Origin: Eledone cirrhosa
Taxonomy: Eukaryota
Length of the DNA: 64,000 nucleotides
NCBI GenBank assembly: GCA_964016885.1
Contig: CAXHJY010000006.1
Location: forward strand, 1 to 64,000
Direction of reading: 5' to 3'
Both the position numbers and the translations under genes were made by a program. Positions 61,369 through 64,000 of the stretch are shown here, one piece after another (the stretch's first letter is position 1; each line of letters starts with the position of its first letter). The notes beneath the pieces were generated by a model that worked only from the letters and a program-made list of their open reading frames with translations, did no database searches and was not told the DNA's origin.

Positions 61369-62024
61369 CTATATATACATATATATATACACATATATAT
61401 ACACATATATATACATACATATAAATATACATATATATATATATATACATAAAGAAGTGCGCGTGGTTAACTGAGACTGCACCAATATGCATATATATCA
61501 TCCAACAACCACATGGAAACACGTATTTGATGGGATTGTATACCCATTCTCTCTTAGTAGCATTCTGAAATGGGTGTATTAATTTGCATATAATTAGCAC
61601 TCGCATTAATAGTTAATCAACATATTAAGAAGTGCATTAAGCAACTGAAGTGTACAATAAAGTTTTATCTGTATATATACAGAGTGGGTTGCCTAGACTG
61701 CATCAATGTGTATATATACACATTTTAAATATATATACATGTAAGGAGGCCAGAAAATACGAATTTCCCCATAAATTGAAAATAATGCTAAGTATGTTTA
61801 ATCCATTTTCGGACCTAGTTGTGTTTTCATCAGAAGGTGTGCATATCATCTAGAATCGTGTCAGGTGCTCACAGTCCTCGTGTCAGGTGCTCACAGTCCT
61901 CTACCAGTCGAGCAATGCTGTGAATGGAAATTCTACTTTAGCGTTCTATAGAAGTCTAGTGATGGACAAGTGCGACGACGTTCTCGGAGTCTTTCTGGGC
62001 GTCGACGAAATCGAACTAACCAAG

Positions 62025-62165
62025 CTGCCCCTTGAATTATAGATACAACTCGTTTATGCCAGTTGAGTTGACTGCAGTGTCTTCTTCAAAGACTCGCCGA
62101 GAATCAAATACTGCATATTACGGTCGTGAGCCGAACACTTTAACCACTGAGTCACGCATCTCCAT
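62025..62165 (-). mobile_element. Degenerate family 2 SINE head
   Basis: Minus strand gcgtgactcagtggttaaagtgttcggctcacg..caactcaactggc..gagttgtatctataattcaaggg. Confidence 0.6.
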
Positions 62166-62296
62166 TGAAAGAGACAGACTTAAAGAAAGAAATAATAAGA
62201 TTTAAAAATTCAGAGTGTAATTGTAAATAGACGAACATAGGTTCAACGATTTAGATAGGGGGAGGGGGAAGAAGAAGAATCGTTTTCTTTATTTTT

Positions 62297-62329
<33 letters not shown>

Positions 62330-62924
62330 AGTAAATTCAAAGTAAATATATTTTGTTAAATAAGTAATTCCCATTATCATTAATGTCACCAATGCTTACA
62401 GTCCTGCGGCTATCTGAGGAGAGATTCTGTCCTGTTTTTGTTATTCTAGTCCTTGTCTTTGTTATTGTAATTCTGTTGTTGATTTTATATTATTATTACT
62501 ATTATTATTATCTTTGTTTTTGAGTCTTTCCATACGCTTCACATCGCTCCTGTAAGTTTGTTAAAAAGTATTGAAATTTTGTTACCGTTTCATAAATAAA
62601 CTAACCAGGACATTAGGAAGCTGATTAGTTTATCTCCATCTGTAGTCCTTAGTCTAAACCGGGGCTTGTTTATCAAACACGCCCCTCAATTTTTGTTATA
62701 AAAAAAAGGAAGATGGTGGACAAGGAATGCATGTCTGCTGAAAAGAAGTGCCAGTCTTCCGCAGAATGGAACGACAAAATTATAAAAATCAGTGAGAACA
62801 GCAACAGTAGTAACAACAAATATAACAGAAGCAAAAAAAAATAACATTAACACACACAAGGACAACAAAAATGGCAACAACAGTAACATAAACAACAAGA
62901 GCAACAACATGAATAAAACTTTCT

Positions 62925-63848
62925 GTTGGTTTTGTGCCTAAATCAGAAACCAATATAAACCAAGGCGGTGGATTGGCAATATCGGTTGAGCGTCGGACAA
63001 CATGCTTCGTGGCATATTGTTACGACCTTTGACATTCTTAGTTTAAATCCCAGCGAGGGTAGCTTTGCCTTTCATCTTTGCGGAATCGATAAAATAAAGT
63101 AGCAGCAACGAACTGGGATTTAAAAGTAAAAACATTTATCGGTGGATTGGCAGTATCGGAAGAGGGTCGGACGCCATGCTTTCCAGCATAGTTACGTCCC
63201 TTTACGATCTGAGTTCAAATCCCGCCGAGGTTGACTTTGCCTTTCATCCTTACGGGGTCGATAAAATAAAGTACCAGTAATGCACTGGGTAATTGCTGGC
63301 CTTGTGCCTAAAGTAGAAACAATTATTTTTATCCCGCCGAGGTTAACTTTGCCTTTCATCCTTACGGGGTCGATAAAAAAAAGTACCAGTAATGCACTGA
63401 GATAATTGCTGGCCTTGTGCCAAAAGTAGAAACAATTATTTATTAAAATATAAGAGTGGTAGATTGGTAGCATCGGTAGAGCCCCGGGCGAAATGCTTCG
63501 TGGCCTAGAGTTACGGCCCTTTACGATCTGAGTTCAAATGCCGCCGAGGTTAACTTTGCCTTTCGTCCTTACAGGGTCGATAAAATAATGCACTGGGGTC
63601 GATTTCATTGACTTCCCCCTCCACAAAAATCGTTGGCCTTGTGCCTAAATCAGAAATCATTATTTATTGGTGGATTGGCAGTATCATTATTTATTGGTGG
63701 ATTGGCAGCATAGTTACGTCCCTTTACGGTCTGAGTTCAAATCCCGCCGAGGTTAACTTTGCCTTTCATCCTTACGGGGTCGATAAAATAAAGCACCAGT
63801 AATGTACTGGCTAATTGCTGACCTTGTGCCAAAAGTAGAAACAATTAT
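62925..63848 (+). mobile_element. Tandem array of 5-6 SINE family 1 copies and fragments
   Basis: Copies at ~62963, 63141, 63331 (headless), 63455 and 63696, plus a duplicated head stub at 63668. Confidence 0.9.
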
Positions 63849-64000
63849 TTATTAAAATATATTATTTGTCAAGTATTGCTGGCCTTGAGGATAAATTAGA
63901 TATTATTGTTGTTGTTAAGACTAATGGTGTTAGCGGACTTTTCTCCGTATATTTTGTTTCAATTAAAGAGTTTGAACATATAGCCGAAGGGAGAATTGTA

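Noticed and set aside
61856-61899. 22-bp perfect tandem duplication; similar short duplications at ~13870 and 31757, and a small palindrome at 39398-39429
   Set aside because: Ordinary slippage or repair products with no further structure.

Overview
AT-rich, microsatellite-dense eukaryotic DNA, intergenic or intronic. The SINE families and huge (TA)n tracts look like a cephalopod (Octopus-like) genome, which is an inference. No host protein-coding exon can be supported, and nearly all long ORFs in the track are (TA)n/(CA)n artefacts. The only intact gene is a ~3 kb APE-endonuclease/reverse-transcriptase ORF2 of a CR1/L2-group LINE (4940-8320) sitting inside a TA/TATG microsatellite. Its ORF2 has no usable ATG and overlaps the ORF1 remnant in the -1 frame across two canonical slippery heptamers. 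The rest is decayed mobile DNA: Penelope-like (PLE) GIY-YIG fragments, RTE, CRE-like, R4/Dong, mariner, a Helitron end and more than 30 tRNA-derived SINE copies or fragments. The most striking structure is about 20 small, mostly (TA)n-flanked elements from several unrelated families. Most carry a minimal type I hammerhead ribozyme (HHR) or part of one, and many are fold-back palindromes whose inversion point lies inside or at the ribozyme. Two families carry a compensatory U3-A8 catalytic core. All motif calls were made by eye; no searches or folding programs were run.
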